From: Octopus vulgaris
Taxonomy: Eukaryota
DNA length: 64,000 bases
Direction: 5' to 3'
Assembly: GCA_951406725.2 (NCBI GenBank)
Contig: OX597842.1
Coordinates: forward strand, 16,864,001-16,928,000
The first letter of the stretch is position 1. Every line of letters begins with the position of its first letter. The position numbers were made by a program, and so were the translations under genes. This document shows positions 28,665 through 42,615 of the stretch, piece after piece. A model generated the notes under the pieces. The model was not told where the DNA came from. It saw nothing but the letters and a program-made list of their open reading frames with translations, and did not search any database.

Positions 28665-28990
28665 TAAATCCTTAAATCCTTAAAAATGTTTTAGCCCGAA
28701 GGCCGCGGCCATGCTGGGGCACCACCGCTGAATGAGCTACACTAATTTGTGAATCCACCTCTGATACGTGGCACTTGATCAACAAGGGAGTTCGATGCTG
28801 CTGCCTGCATCCGAGTCTCCTGTCGTGAGGTAGGTTCATCTGGGACTCCCAACAAGAAGAGATCCAGTTTAGTTTTAAAGAAACCCACATCCACACCATG
28901 TAAGTCTCTCAGGCATTTAGGGAGGATGTTAAAGAGCTGTGGTCCTCTGAAACCCAAGCTGTTGCAGTATCTGGACCTGTATTTTGATGG
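28665..28990 (-). mobile_element. CR1/L2-like LINE 3' end with (TAAGGATT)n tail; short 3'-end-only copies at 13505-13568 (+) and 53416-53463 (-)
   Basis: GFRGPQLFNILPKCLRDL...FKTKLDLFLLGVPDEP is a typical ORF2 C-terminus; short 3'UTR and tandem tail. Confidence 0.75.
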
Positions 28991-29074
28991 TGATGTTTAG
29001 ATTGTTAGATTGATATATATATATATATTGATAAAAATGGTAGGATAACAAAAGAATGATAGAGACCTCGATAT

Positions 29075-29250
29075 TATGTAAATAGAGGAATTTATCTGTA
29101 AATATAACGTGACAATTATTCGGTAGCCATGATTTTTTTCCCGATGGCCGGATAACTGGAGAGATGGCGGCGTGGATTTCCACCTCGGCATCCGAAACTC
29201 GGAGTTTTATTTATCATGGCTACCGAATAATTGTCACATATTACATTTAC

Positions 29251-29255
<5 letters not shown>
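29075..29255. mobile_element. Internally deleted copy of the palindromic hammerhead element at 53505-53707
   Basis: Same sequence family; plus-strand motif 29151-29211 with mutated core CTGGAGA. Confidence 0.7.
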
Positions 29256-29320
<65 letters not shown>

Positions 29321-29508
29321 GTATTTATTTGTATATATATATGTATATATATTTAACAATTAAGGATAAAATCTTAATAAGGAATCTTAACAAGAAATTA
29401 TCAGGTAGTTAGCGTGAAAAACCTCATAAGAGAAAAAAATCCGAAAATAATTTTTTTCACTTGAAATATATGTGAAATATATGTATAAATATATGTATAT
29501 ATATGTAT

Positions 29509-29604
<96 letters not shown>

Positions 29605-29639
29605 GTATATACATATATATATATATGTATATATATATG

Positions 29640-29674
<35 letters not shown>

Positions 29675-29705
29675 ATATATATATATATGTATGTATGTAT
29701 ATAAA

Positions 29706-29768
<63 letters not shown>

Positions 29769-29934
29769 TGTATTTAATGTAGGATAAAATGTTTTCGAAA
29801 AACAATTTTATTAATGGCCAGCATATTAAAAAATACATTTAAAGGTTAAATTTATAAACAACTTATAAATAAGGGCAAACGAAAAAATTTCTAATGCCAA
29901 ATATGCCGAAATTAGACACCCTGTCCATATGTAT

Positions 29935-29976
<42 letters not shown>

Positions 29977-31287
29977 GTAGGTAGGTAGGTTTGTATGAAT
30001 GTGTGGAGGTAGTCATCTAGCTGGTTAGCTAGTTAGATAGATAGATGGAATTTCTCGTGAAGAAAATAATTTCTTAAAATTTAACAGAGAATAATACTTA
30101 TTTGCAAATTTTCTTTAGAGAAATATGGATGAAGGGGCTATATCACTGATGTAATGTGTGGCGGATGATGTGTCCGAAAAATTGTAAGGTCCGAAGCATT
30201 GGGTTGTGTCAAAGAAGGGACGTGATGTAAACACGTGAGAAGGCTTCGAGAAGAGGACCGCATCCTTTATGGCAGATGTAAATGAAGGCACTCTGTCAAA
30301 GAGGGAATGTATGGGAAAGGGGTCGCTACAATGCAAGTTCTAGAGGGAGTTGCTGTGTTCAACTACAAAGGGCGCTGTGGAAAGGGGCTGTGTTCGTGAT
30401 GGAAGGTGGAGATCAATTGTTCTCAACTGGGTTTTATATAACCTTAGATCCATATGACCCTTGGGGGTTCATATGACCCGTAGGGTCCATATGAATTTTG
30501 GGCAAAGTCGATATCGGTGGAATTTGAACTCAGAACGTAACGGTAGACGAAATACATATTTCTTTACTACCCACAAGGGGCTAAACACAGAGAGGACAAA
30601 CAAGAACAGACAAAGGGATTAAGTCGATTATATCGACCCCAGTGCGTAACTGGTACTTATTTAATCCACCCCAAAAGGATGAAAAGCAAAATCGACCTTG
30701 GCTGAGTTTGAACTCAGAACGTAGCGGCAGACGAAATACCGCTAAGCATTTCGCCCGGCGTGCTAACGTTTCTAATTTTTTTATTGCTCATAAGGGGCTA
30801 CAACAGAGAAGACAAACAGGGACAGACAAACGGATTAAGTCGATTATATCGACCCCAGTGAGTAACTGGTACTTATTTAATCGATCCTGAAAGGATGAAA
30901 GGCAAAGTCGACCTTGGCGGAATTTGAACTCATAGCGTAACGGCAGACGAAATACCGCTAAGCATTTCGCCCGGCGTGCTAACGTTTCTGCCAGCTCGCC
31001 GCCTTACTGCTAATATTTCAAGCTTTTTGTTTGTCAGTAAATGGGGGGAGCACTGAAAACAAATTACTGCCCTGAAGAATCTCGTTCTTGGGTGACTGAA
31101 GGACTGTTGGTGAATGAAAGACGGAATGTGACTGGAGAGTAAACGGTGACTGAGGAAAAGACGATGACTGATGGATAGATGCTGACTGATGTGAAAACGA
31201 TGACTGATAGACAAACTGATGAACAGGTGGAAACTGAATGATAGGTGGTGACTGAAGTCCAGATGAACTCCAATTACCTATCTTTGT

Positions 31288-31325
<38 letters not shown>

Positions 31326-31463
31326 GCACACATACATGTTGTGAAGGTGCGTGGCTTAGGGGTTTTCGTCTCAAGTTCTTAAGGTCGTTCAATTCGCGGA
31401 GTCATGTTGTGTCCCTGAGTAAGACACCTTATTTCACGTTGCTCCAATTCACTCAGCTGGCAA

Positions 31464-31519
<56 letters not shown>

Positions 31520-31714
31520 TAATAATAATAATGATGATGATGATGATGATAATAATAAGGGGCTCAACCGTATTATATTACGTCTCGTTGAATTTCCTTG
31601 AGAACTTCGTTAAGGATACGCGTGTCTGTGGAGTATTCAGCCAGTTGCAGGTTACTTTCAGGAACAAGCTGTTCAACTGGGACACTTGTCCAAACCGACA
31701 GGATGCCATTTTTT

Positions 31715-31742
31715 TTATATATGTATGTATTTATGTATATAA

Positions 31743-31791
<49 letters not shown>

Positions 31792-31811
31792 GTATGTATT
31801 TATGTATATAA

Positions 31812-31852
<41 letters not shown>

Positions 31853-31926
31853 GTATGTATTTATGTATGCATATATATATATATATATATATTATATATG
31901 TATGTATTTATGTATGCATATATATC

Positions 31927-31958
<32 letters not shown>

Positions 31959-31973
31959 GTATGTATTTATGTA

Positions 31974-32019
<46 letters not shown>

Positions 32020-32075
32020 GTATGTATTTATGTATGTATATATATATATATGTATGTATGTATTTATGTATATAA

Positions 32076-32124
<49 letters not shown>

Positions 32125-32239
32125 GTATGTATTTATGTATATAAATATATACATATATATATATATATATATATTATATATGTATGTATTTATGTATGCA
32201 TATATATATATATATATATTATATATGTATGTATTTATG

Positions 32240-32289
<50 letters not shown>

Positions 32290-32304
32290 GTATGTATTTA
32301 TGTA

Positions 32305-32358
<54 letters not shown>

Positions 32359-32461
32359 GTATGTATTTATGTATGTATATATATATATGTATGTATGTAT
32401 TTATGTATGTATATATATACATATATATATATACATATATATATGTATATATATATGTATA

Positions 32462-32497
<36 letters not shown>

Positions 32498-32527
32498 TAT
32501 ATTTATATATATATCTATATATATATA
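31715..32527. repeat. AT-rich minisatellite with unit TATTATATATGTATGTATTTATGTAT..CA(TA)n
   Basis: About 15 units with variable TA length. Confidence 0.9.
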
Positions 32528-32528
32528 A

Positions 32529-32927
32529 CTAGCAGTATTGCCCGGCGTTGCTCTGGTTTGTTTTGAGCCTTTAGAATTGGAATTTTTGAAAAGTAAAAAT
32601 TTTGCATTATGTAGCTTGTTATTCTCTTTAAGTGAACATTTTTCTGGTTGAAATACACCGAAAAATGGCGACACAGCAGTAAAAAAATCGTAAAAAAATA
32701 GGGATTTTCATAGAAAAAAAGCACCTTTTTGATGTAAATAATTTTTGGTGTTAACATGGTCCGATTTGAATTCTTTCTTCTCCGGAATGAAGAGCAAGCC
32801 TTCTTCTATCATACTCTCAATTTTGGTCAATTTGCGCCGCAGGGTCTCGGAGGAGATAGTGTTAGTTGAAGGCTACCAAACCTGCCACACACACACACAC
32901 AGACAACTTCAGCTTTATATATATAGA
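32529..32927 (-). mobile_element. Non-autonomous Helitron (~400 bp)
   Basis: Minus strand starts TCTATATATATAAAG and ends CCAGAGCAACGCCGGGCAATACTGCTAG (subterminal GC hairpin + CTAG); inserted between A and T, no TSD. Confidence 0.8.
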
Positions 32928-33652
32928 TTATTTTAAAGTCGACACATGTTTAACAATGATCTGAGCAATATTTCTGCTGAATTTGTTGTTGTGTCTTAGT
33001 GTCCTGTGTTGGTAACCAGCTGCTTTCAAAAACGAATCGTTTATCCTCCAGGGACTTTTCCACGTACACCAGATCGGCCAGGAAACATACCAGTCCCCTG
33101 GATAAGTCTTCGAATCCAAGTTCTTGCAGAGATATCAAGATGTGCTTCAAAATTTCGCATGTGTGGGGTTTCCTGAAAAAAAAAAAAAAAAAACGGATGA
33201 TACAAGCAAACGATAAATTATATTTTGACGCCATCTTAAATGTCATGGATCGTGGTTTTTCATCTCTTTTACTCTTTTACTTGTTTCAGTCATTTGACTG
33301 TGGCCATGCTGGAGCACCGCCTTTAGTCGAGCAAATCGAGCCCAGGACTTATTCTTTGTAAGCCTAGTACTTATTCTATCGGTCACTTTTGCCGAACAGC
33401 TAATTTACGGCGACGTAAACACACCAGCATCGGTTGTCAAGTGACATATACATATATATACGACGGGCTTCTTTCAGTTTTCTTCTACCAAATCCACTCA
33501 AAAGGCTTTGGTCGGCCCGAGGCTATAGTAGAAGACACTTGCCCAAGGTGCCTCGCTGTGGGACTGAACCTAAAACCATGTGGTTGGCAAGCAAGCTACT
33601 TACCACACAGCCACTCCTGCGCCTATCTATCTATCTATCTATCTATCTATCC

Positions 33653-33720
<68 letters not shown>

Positions 33721-34271
33721 GTATGTGTGTGTATATGTCTGTGTGTCTGTGTTTGTTCCCGCAACACCGATAGACAACCGATGCTTGTGTGTTTACGTCC
33801 CCGTAACTTAGCGGTTCGGCAAAAAAGATCCGATAGAATAAGTATTAAGCTTACAAAGAATAAGTCTTGGGTTCGATTTGCTAGACTAAAGGCGGTGCTC
33901 CAGCATGGCCACAGTCAAATGATTTAAAGAAGTAAAAGAGTAAAAGAGAGTAAAGATATATATATGTAAAGGCGCGTGGCTTAGTGGTTAGGGGCATTCG
34001 GATCATGGTCGTAAGGTCGTGTTGTGTCCTTGAGCAAGACACTTTATTTCACATTGCTCCAGTCCACTCACCTGGAAAAAATGAGTTGTACCTGTATTTC
34101 AAAGGGCCAGTCTTGTCACACTCTGTGTCACACTGAATCTCCCTGAGAACTACGTTAAGGGTACACGTGTCTGTGGAGTGCTCAGCCACTTACACATTAA
34201 TTTCACGAGTAAGCTGTTCCGTTGATCGTATCAGCTGGGACCCTCGTCGTTGCTACCGACGGAGTGCTCCT

Positions 34272-34336
<65 letters not shown>

Positions 34337-34343
<7 letters not shown>

Positions 34344-34510
34344 TAACAAAGAGGGTCTTTGCAACAAGTTGCTAGACCACATACCGGAAGTATTGTCTGT
34401 GGAGACATATTTTTGTAGTAAAGGAAATAACAGTCCTCTGGCTGCTATTTCTAATACTTTCGGTATGTGGTCTAGCAACTTGTTGCAAAGACCCTCATTG
34501 TTATAATTAT
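34337..34510. repeat. Fold-back element, ~58-bp arms; family also at 10275-10700 and related to 25940-26500 and 39295-39490
   Basis: 34337-34394 inverted against 34453-34510. Confidence 0.85.
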
Positions 34511-34756
34511 ATATAATTTTACTGAATATTGTCCTTTTCCATACCGAAATACTACTTGGTGAAATTTGTTGATTTTATTAAATTAATTATATTTCAACCT
34601 TTATATGTATATAAACGCTGCCGTAATCTCTTTTATAGAGACTTAGTAATTTTAATATTTCTATTATTGAAAACAAGTGGATGTATTCCACTGAAACTAG
34701 GTAAATAGAAACCTTCGAACAGAGACGTCAGTGGCGACACCTGCGGGTCTGACTGC

Positions 34757-34798
34757 GCTACATTGACAAGGGGCAATACCCCGAAACGCGTCTGTAGC
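34757..34798 (+). ncRNA. Minimal type I hammerhead ribozyme, U3:A8 core variant
   Basis: GCTACA-TTGACAA-GGGG-caata-CCCC-GAAA-CGC-GTC-TGTAGC; perfect 6-bp stem I and 4-bp stem II. Confidence 0.82.
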
Positions 34799-34967
34799 TG
34801 TCGGACTGGCAGTGTGAAGCGGCTGACCTCCCTTGTTCGAAGGTTATAATGGATACAGATCGTGTATCAATAGCTATCTTGATGGCGGTGGCCTCATGGA
34901 GCTGACCAGCGGCAGCGATTATTCTTATATCTATAAGAATGCCATATTAATATGGCGACAACAATTA

Positions 34968-35037
<70 letters not shown>

Positions 35038-35053
35038 CGAAAACATAGAAACA

Positions 35054-35179
35054 AAACAAGGAAACGGACTTTTTTTTTTAACAACGAAAAAACAGAGTAC
35101 AAGACAAACAACAGAGGGAACATTCCCCTTGTCCTGTACTCTGTTTTTTTCGTTGTTAAAAAAGTCCGTTTCCTTGTTT
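35054..35179. repeat. Fold-back element, ~52-bp arms, TA-flanked; related to the 59570-60950 family
   Basis: 35054-35107 inverted against 35129-35179. Confidence 0.8.
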
Positions 35180-35363
35180 GTTTTTATGTTTTCGTTTCTC
35201 GTTGTGTTCTACGTTTATTTGTGGTGTCCTGTACTCATATATGCATGTATATATACATATAGATGTAGGTATGTACATATATGTATGTATGCATATGTTT
35301 TATTTATTAAATTGTTATTTTATGATTGAACGCACGCGTCGTTTTCTTCTTCTTCTAAGTAAG

Positions 35364-35412
<49 letters not shown>

Positions 35413-35581
35413 AGCAGGAGTGGTTGTGTGGTAAGTAGCTTGCTTACCAACCACATGGTTCCGAGTTCAGTCCCACTGCGTGGCAGCTTGGGCAAGTGTC
35501 TTCTACTATAGCCTCAGGTCGACCAAATCCTTGTGAGTGGATTTGGTAGACGGAAACTGAAAGAAGCCCGTCGTATATATG

Positions 35582-35612
<31 letters not shown>

Positions 35613-35830
35613 CTGTGTTTGTCCCCCTAGCATTGCTTGACAACCGATGCTGGTGTGTTTATGTCCCCGTCGCTTAGCGGTTCGGCAAAATGAGACCTAT
35701 AGAATAAGTACTGGGCTTACAAAGAATAAGTCCCGGGGTCGAGTTGCTCGATTAAAGGCGGTGCTCCAGCATGGCCGCAGTCAAATGACTGAAACAAGTA
35801 AAAGAGTAAAAGAGTAAAAGAGTAAAAGAG

Positions 35831-35879
<49 letters not shown>

Positions 35880-38800
35880 TATATATTTATATACAGAGAC
35901 AGAGAAAGACACAGATAGAAAAAAGAGACTGATAGAGCGAGAGAAATAGAGAGGGGGAGTACAGAGACTGACAGAAACAGAGAAATGGAGAGGGATACAT
36001 CCATAGCAAAGGAAAGAGGCTGTGAGACTGGCATAGATTGAGCGAGGTGGGGGGAGCTAGAGAGAAAGTGAAAGTGAAAGCAGGACGAGATGGTGAACTA
36101 GATTTACCGTTAAATATTGGAACAAGCATGGAAGATAGTTAAGAAAGATATGACTTACTGGTCAAAGATACCACGCCGAAACCAGAAATTGTCAGCCTGT
36201 TTAAAGTGACCATCATCACTGAGGTGTATTCCAAAGAAATCCAGCATCATAGTGAACGCCCTGTGTACCCTGCTCTTTAACAAGATGTCTGTCTTTATTT
36301 CCTGTGAGGAGAAGGGAAAGGAGTAGCAGAAGGTGAGGACCTTTAATAGTTAGTTAGTGTTGTAAGGGTAATTGCTGGTGTTGTTTAGCCCTGGGAACAG
36401 TCACGATCCTGACAGACCTCTGTTCAGACAGATTTCAGTTGTCACAAAGTTTGAAACGAATATAAAGATAAACACACACACACACACACATTTTCCCTAG
36501 CGTGTCATAGTTCATTAACACCTGTTGATATATAGACATGAGTCAAGGCGGCGAGCTGGCATAATCGTTTGTACGCCCGATGAAATGCTTAGTGGTATTT
36601 CGTCTGCCGCTACGTTCTGAGTTCAAATTCCACCGAGGCCGACTTTGCCTTTCATCCTTTCGGGGTCGATTAAATAAGTACCAGTTACGCACTGGGATCG
36701 ATGTAATCGACTTAATCCGTTTGTATGTCCTTGTTTGTCCCCTCTGTGTTTAGCCCCTTGTGGGCAGTAAAGAAATAAGTATTTCCTCTGTCATTACGTT
36801 CTGAGTTCAAATTCCGCTGAGATCGACTTTGCCTTTCATCCTTTCAGGGTGGAAAAATGAAGAACAAGCTGCATACTGGAGTCGATCTAATCGACTGGAT
36901 CCCTCCAGAAAAATTTCGGGCGTTGTGCCTAGAACAAAAAGGATAAATTAAGTACCAGTTGCGTACTGGGTTTGATCTAATCAACTGGCCCTCTCCATAA
37001 AAGTTTCTGCTTGTGCCAAGAGTCGAAAGGATAAATTAAGTACCAGTTGCGTAAAGATTCCGTCCGTCGTCACGTTCTGAGTTCAAATTCCGTCGAGGTT
37101 GACTTTACCATTAATCGTTTCTGGGTCGATAAAGTAAGTACTTGTTGATCGCTGAGGTCGATGTAATCGATTTACCTACTTTCCTGAGACTGCTGGACTC
37201 GTGCCAAAATTTGAAGCTGATATAATATAATATATATTTCTTTACTACTTACAAGGGGCTAAACACAGAGGGGACAAACAAGGACAGACAAACGGATTAA
37301 GTCGATAATATCGATCCCATTGCGTAACTGGTACTTAATTTATCGACCCCGAAAGGATGAATGGCAAAGTCGACCTCGGCAGAATTTGAACTCAGAATGT
37401 AACGGCAGACGAAATACCTATTTCTTTACTACCCACAAGGGGCTAAACACAGATAGGACAAACAAGGACAGACAAAGGGATTACGTCGATTACATCGACC
37501 CCAGTGCGTAACTGGTACTTAATTTATCGACCTCTAAAGGATGAAAGGCAAAGTCGACCTCGGCGAAATTTGAACCCAGAACGTAACACAGACGAAATAT
37601 GGCTACGCATTTCGCCCGGCGTACTAACGTTTCTGCCAGCTCGCCATTAATATAATATAATATAATAAGGCGGCCAGCTGGCAGAATTGTTAGCACGCCG
37701 GGCGAAATGCTTAGCAGTATTTCTTCTGCCATTATGTTCTGAGTTCAAATTCCATCGTGGTTGAATTTGCCTTTCGGTGTTGATAAAATAAATACCAGTT
37801 GATTATTGGGGTCGATGTGATCAACTTCCGTCCCCACACCCTAAAGTTACTGATCAAAATTTGAAACGAATACAGACAGGAGTCGGTGTTTAGACTTACC
37901 CCGGCTTCGTGGTTTGTTAACGTCTGTTGGTAGAGGTTGGAACGGACTGTACGTGATGGAAACAACCTAGATTAAAAGAATTAAAGAATAAGAGAATGTA
38001 GCTGTAATATAATGAAGAAAGCTGCTTATGAATTACCTTGGAGCATATAACTTTTACCTATCATAAGAAAGCAGTTATTAAAGTCTATACTGTCTAGAAA
38101 ACTCCTGAAAATGCCTAATTCAATTTTTTTTTTCTTTTACTGGTTTCAAGGGGATAAACATAGAGGGGACAAACAATGCCTAATTTTAATATTTTTTCTT
38201 TTACTGGTTTCAGCGCATTTCAGTGTGTTTGGTTTTCTTTTCTGTACAGTTTCTGGTGAAGTAGCGTCTTGGACGGAGCCGCTCTCCTTTCTGCCTCCTA
38301 CCATGACGTGGGTTCCTCTAGTATCTGAAACAAAAACTTGCCAAGATGCTCTTTGAAAAACCTCTGTAACCCGCAAATCGTTGTGGTTGTTTGTCAGAAA
38401 GTAGCTGTGGACCCTTGAAGCTCAATCTGGGTCCTTATTCTAGACGGAGAAGACAAGATCTTTGGTAATATTCTGTGCCGTCAAGTTCGGTGGATGGTAT
38501 AGCTTACAATTCCAAAGTTGAAAGCTAGGCTTTCTAGGATATTCTATATGTATATCACTGCACATCTTTCATGCCTTGTTTCAAGGGAGCAGCGTTTCAG
38601 TTCCTTTAGCCTCCCATCTTTGGGTACTGGCATTGGGTTGCCTAAAGTGCCGTTACCGGTTTCACGCTCGGGAAAGTGAAAAGTCTTTTACGTTTCGTGC
38701 CTACGCTCTTCAACAGGAAGGAATGCGAGAAAATAAACAGAGAGAGAATTAAAAAAAAAACTTGTGCATTTAGCAGTCAAGAAAAGCGATTGATTAGAAA

Positions 38801-38943
38801 AAAAAGTTTGAAAGAAGAGGTTGAAAGAAGGGGAGATAATAAAGTATTGGTGATCCCAAAACGAAAGTGCGCGTACGTGTGTGTGGATTGACGTGTGTGG
38901 ATATATGTATAGATACACACATACATATATATATACATACATG

Positions 38944-39111
<168 letters not shown>

Positions 39112-39482
39112 GCAAGCTTACTCAGATTACAGAAACTTAAAGAATTAGAAGGCAGAAGGCATTTCAAGTTCGACAACTGTTTCTGAGGGCTAGGAGCCTG
39201 TGCAATCTGGGTAAATTTGCTCTCTCTCGCCCTCTCCCTCTCTCTCCCATCTTTCTCCTATCTCACTCCCTCTCTCTCTCTCCCTCTCTCTCTTTTTTAA
39301 AGTAGAGGAAATAGCTAAGGTTCTTTGGCTGCTATTTCTAAACTTCGGTATGTGGTAAAGCAAATCTTTGCTGAACCCTAATTATAAAATATTACTTAAG
39401 TTTACCGAGAAATGGTCCTTTTTCATGCCGAATTCTACTTGGTGAAATTATTGATTACTAGTTAATGAACTTTACCTTTTGT

Positions 39483-39550
<68 letters not shown>

Positions 39551-39913
39551 TAAATTAGAGATATAACCACTATTAGGCAAATCAAACAGTGAAAAACATA
39601 ACCCAAAATATAGAAATAAAAATAATTAATATAATATACAAAATCTATAAAATACAAAATTTAAAATTTAAATTATTTAAATTTAAAATTATTAATTTAT
39701 ATTTATAAACTTTTATATATGTATATCTATATTTATATATATATTTATTATTATTTATTTATTGTAATTAAAAAAAATATTTTTAATAATTATTTATTTA
39801 TTTTAATTTGTCTTTTTAAAATATATATAACTATCAAAAAGTATTAAAAAGTTTAATATAAGATAATCCTAAATCTAATTTTTCCCTGTAAGTTTGGATT
39901 TACTCCCTAATAT

Positions 39914-39977
<64 letters not shown>

Positions 39978-40349
39978 GTATATATATTGACAATATATTG
40001 GTTATTGACAATTTTGATTTTTTTTCGGCATATTTGGCATTAGAATTTTTTCTTTTGCCCTTATTTTGTAAATTATTTATAAATTTAATCTTTAAAGGTA
40101 TTTTTTGATATGCTGGCCATTGATAAAATTTTTTTCGAAAAATTTCATCCTACATTAGTTATAAATTTAATAGTGTTCACCTCCGGATTCTCTAACTCTG
40201 TGAAAGTTTCTAGATCGAATCACACGTGTCTCGAGATGTCCTGAAGATTTTCTATTTTGGATATATTTAGGGTACTTAGGTCTGCTCAGGATTCAGTGTT
40301 GCTTTTTCCATGGGTATGAGTAAGTATTCCATTTATGTCTTAGGTAGTT

Positions 40350-40407
40350 ATCGCTGAAGAGGGGAAAATTCTTATGAATTAACCCCCGAAATTGGGACCA
40401 ATACGGT
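40350..40407 (+). ncRNA. Type I hammerhead ribozyme motif between ~165-bp direct repeats (39999-40163 / 40465-40631)
   Basis: ATCG-CTGAAGA-GGGG-(19 nt)-CCCC-GAAA-TTGGgaCCAA-TA-CGGT; AUA triplet. Confidence 0.75.
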
Positions 40408-41338
40408 TATAACGGAATTTTTGAGAAATTTCTATCGGTTTGTTTCGAGACGCATAAATTATAATGGTTATTGACAATTTTGTCTTTTTTTCGGCAAATT
40501 TGGCATTAGAATGTTTCTTTTTCCCTTATTTTATAAGTTATTTATAAATTTAACCTTCAAAGGTATTTTTTGATATGCTGGCCATTGATAAAATTTTTTT
40601 CTCGAAAAAATTTTATCCCACATTAGTTATATATATATATACTGTATATCTTTATTCTTGTATGTTTGTCTTCTGAAAAAATTGAGTCCGCCTGTCCTTT
40701 TACGTGTGTACATGTATATATATTTGGTACATTTATTGAAATCCAAGGTTTTTAATTGTTAGATAGATAGATAGATAGGTAGATAGGTAGAAAGATAGAT
40801 AGATAGATTGATGGATTGATAGATAGATAAATAGATAGATAGATAGATTGATGGATTGATAGATAGATAAATAGATAGATAGATAGATAGGTAGAAATAT
40901 AGATAGATAGGTAGAAAGATGCATAGAAAGACAGATAATGGCATATTCACCAACTCACCAGTAAAAATATAGCGGGTCCTCTTCAAGGGATTCGTAGTCT
41001 CCAAACCAATCAGTCAAAACATCTTCAATGGTTTTATCTGGTCACAAAAGAAACTGTGACAGGTATCACGTGATATATAAATGAAAACTTACGTAAGATA
41101 TACAGTTTTCGGATATTGTATGATAACCCAAGGCGGGTTTTAGCTAACTGTAGGGTGTCCGGCTGCCGAGAGGGCCAGGAAGGGGGAAATTAGTTATTTG
41201 AAACGAGAGACATTGTTTGTGGGCTTGAAACAGAGTGAACATTGGTAAAGGCACGCAGGTGTGTATGTATGTATGTATGTATGTATGTATGAATGTATGT
41301 ATGTATGTATGTATGTATGTATGTATGTATATCTGCGC

Positions 41339-41866
<528 letters not shown>

Positions 41867-42568
41867 CATAAGTGCAGTCGTGGCTATGTGGTTCCCAGCT
41901 TCCCAGCAACATGGTTCCAGGTTCAGTCCCACTGCGTGGCACCTTGGGCAAGTTTCTTCTACTATAGCTTCAGAACCAACCAAAGCCTTGTGAGTGAATT
42001 GGTAGACGGAAACTGAAAGAAGCCTATCGTGTGTGTGTGTGTGTGTGTGTCTTTGTGTCTGTGTGACTCCCATTACCGCTTGATAAGCGGTGTTGGTATG
42101 TTTACGTCCCCATAACTTTGCAGTTCGGCAAAAGAGACCGATAGAATAAGTACTAGGGGTCGATTTGTTCGATTCAGATCGTTCAAGGCGGTGCTCCAGC
42201 ATGGCCGCGGACAAATGACTGAAACGTGTATAAGAATAAAAGAATATAAGAATAAAAGAATGTACATACCGTTGTTTGGCAGTGGAATTTCATTCTTGTA
42301 AAACATCAAATTTCGGTGGTACTGTCAAGAAAAAGGGACAGAAAAAAATGGGGTTTACTCTTTTACTCTTCTACTTGTTTCAGTCATTTGACTGCGGCCA
42401 TGCTGGAGCACCGCCTTTTAGTCGAGCAAATCGACCCCGGGACTTATTCTTTGTAAGCCCAGTACTTATTCTATCGGTCTCTTTTTGCCGAACCGCTAAG
42501 TGACGGGGACGTAAACACACCAGCATCGGTTGTCAAGCAATGCTAGGGGAACAAACACAGACACACAA

Positions 42569-42615
<47 letters not shown>

